A DNA stretch of 64,000 bases, taken from the human T2T-CHM13v2.0 reference genome, Homo sapiens. The translations under genes and the position numbers were made by a program. How positions within the stretch are numbered: position 1 is the stretch's first letter; every line of letters starts with the position of its first letter. This document shows positions 61,731-64,000 of this stretch, one piece after another. Where the stretch lies: NCBI RefSeq assembly GCF_009914755.1, contig NC_060933.1. One strand, given 5' to 3'. Below the pieces are notes generated by a model. That model ran no database searches, was not told where the DNA came from, and saw only the letters and a program-made list of their open reading frames with translations.

Positions 61731-62249
61731 TTTATTTACATTTGAAAATAGATTGTAGTTCAGTTTCTAGCCATATGGGTAGATTGAATGTGCAGAAAAA
61801 CCTCACCTGGCATAGAACACTTAAACATGCTGGCTGTACAGTAAAGAACTTCATTTCCAAAGCATGGCTGAGCCAGCGTAGTGAAGTAAGACATAATGTG
61901 GGCCAGAAGAAAGGACAGAGAGTGATTCCACAGATATGAGAGCTGGCATTTATTCCAGGGGCGTGGAGTAGGGGGTGTCTGTCAGTGCTGACCTAGAATG
62001 TAGGTTTTGAAGGCATATGTGCAGCTTAAGAAACAAAATCAGAGCTCTTCACATAAAGCCAGAACCTCTAAAAGGAGAGTACTCTCACAGAGTGAACTTG
62101 CCCATGGCCCCAGGTGAGACAGACCTTAGCGATACCCTACATTCAGTTGATTTGGTAATGGAAATCGTATTTTCCTTATGGCCCAAGAAGGTTCATGATG
62201 AAAATTCAGTTTGAAGTGAATTGTTAGTACTCCTAGGCATCTGTAAAAT

Positions 62250-63290
62250 GCCTGTCTTTTCTGGAGGAAAGCACTTAAAACACAGGTGTCTAAAAATTCA
62301 CACAGATGAATTTTTGAGGGCCACAGGCTCACAATTAAACAATGAAGAAGCAGAAAAAAAGAAAATGCCTGAGTTAAAAAAGCCACCATGACTATGAGAT
62401 AGCAGCAACATCAAACTGCAGGATCAGGCTGAGAAAGTCTGAAGATATTTGTATCATCAGGTACAGCAAATAAGGTAAGCATATTTTTTAAAAATTCAAG
62501 ATTGAAAGTATGTTGAACCAAACAGGACACCATTAAAAGTAATAAGACAGATGTAAAAAGCAAAGAAAATTCTTAGAAATGGCTTAAGATGAGAATTAGC
62601 GGACAATGGATATGAAGAAATTACCTAGCATACAGTACAACAAAGAGATAGAAATATGAAAAAGATGTTAAGAGGATAGAGTAAGAAAGCCCAACAAACA
62701 TTTAATTTATGGTTCCAGAAATAAAGAATTAAAAAATTGGAGAAGAAGCAATATTCAAGTAGATATTTAGCTGAGAATATGTCAGAATTGATGAAATATA
62801 CTGGTATTCAAATAGGTAGCTCGGTGAATTCTAACTGGGATGAATGGGAAGATAACATCACCAAGGAGTATTATAATGAAACTGCAGAACCCAAAAGATT
62901 AAAGAAAAAACATTCTCTAAATCAGAGAAAAGAGCAACAATGAATAAACAGACAGCTAACTTCTCAGCAGGAGCAATATGAGCTAGAATCAATGAAATAA
63001 TTTCAAAGTGCTAAGAGAAATTAGCTAGAATTATCAACCTAGAATTGTCTTTCCATGGAAAATACCTGGAGCATGGGCAAAATAAAGGTATCTTCAGACT
63101 CATAATTGAAAGCTTTCACTACCAATAGAATTCCACTAAAATAATTTCTAAAGGATATATTTTAAGAAAAAAACAAAAACCCTCAGAAGGAATGTCTGAG
63201 TAGCAACAATAATGAGAAAGGAAAATAGGAAATTTGTGGATGAGTATTGACCATGTAAAAATTTTTGGTAAAATTTGTGGATAAGGGTAA
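62250..63290 (+). mobile_element. Old L1M fragment, ORF1 region
   Basis: Translation LAENMSELMKYTGIQI resembles L1 ORF1p; tcaaagtgctaagagaaa..tcaacctagaatt motif. Confidence 0.65.
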
Positions 63291-63428
63291 ACCATGTGTA
63301 TTAGTCCCTTTTCACGCTGCTGATAAAGACATACCTGAGACTGAGTAATTTATAAAGAAAAAGAGGTTCAGTGGACTCACAGTTCCACGTGTCTGGAGAG
63401 GCTTCACAATCATGGCGAAAGGCACATC

Positions 63429-63903
<475 letters not shown>

Positions 63904-64000
63904 ACCCCATCACATCTCATGAGACTTATTTACTATCATGAGAGCAGCTCAGGAAACACCCACTCCCGTGATTCAGTTACATCCCACTGGGTCTGTCCCA

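Overview
Primate (simian, human-like) genomic DNA: AT-rich, CpG-depleted, with about 32 Alu elements and L1, L2, MIR, MaLR LTR and DNA-transposon fossils. No protein-coding exon, RNA gene or CpG-island promoter can be supported. The listed ORFs are Alu-, L1- or Tigger-derived, or chance ORFs. The window looks like the interior of a very large intron, probably transcribed on the + strand; the host gene cannot be identified from the sequence. Several repeat-free, motif-dense blocks (about 13.6-14.2k, 22.2-23.5k, 38.0-39.1k, 44.2-46.1k and especially 49.7-50.15k) resemble conserved developmental enhancers. The clearest unusual structure is a ~97%-identical 145-bp inverted duplication inside a Tigger1 fossil (4239-4576), with a template-switch signature and the potential to form a long hairpin or cruciform. 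Other observations are an 88-bp templated copy of a MIR fragment 1.5 kb from its source, several local duplications, two micro-Alus with TSDs, closely spaced inverted Alus, a ~15.8 kb Alu-free zone and a few candidate cryptic or recursive splice sites. I found no evidence for a novel multi-gene system. Repeat subfamily calls come from recalled consensus sequences, and boundaries of old repeats are approximate.
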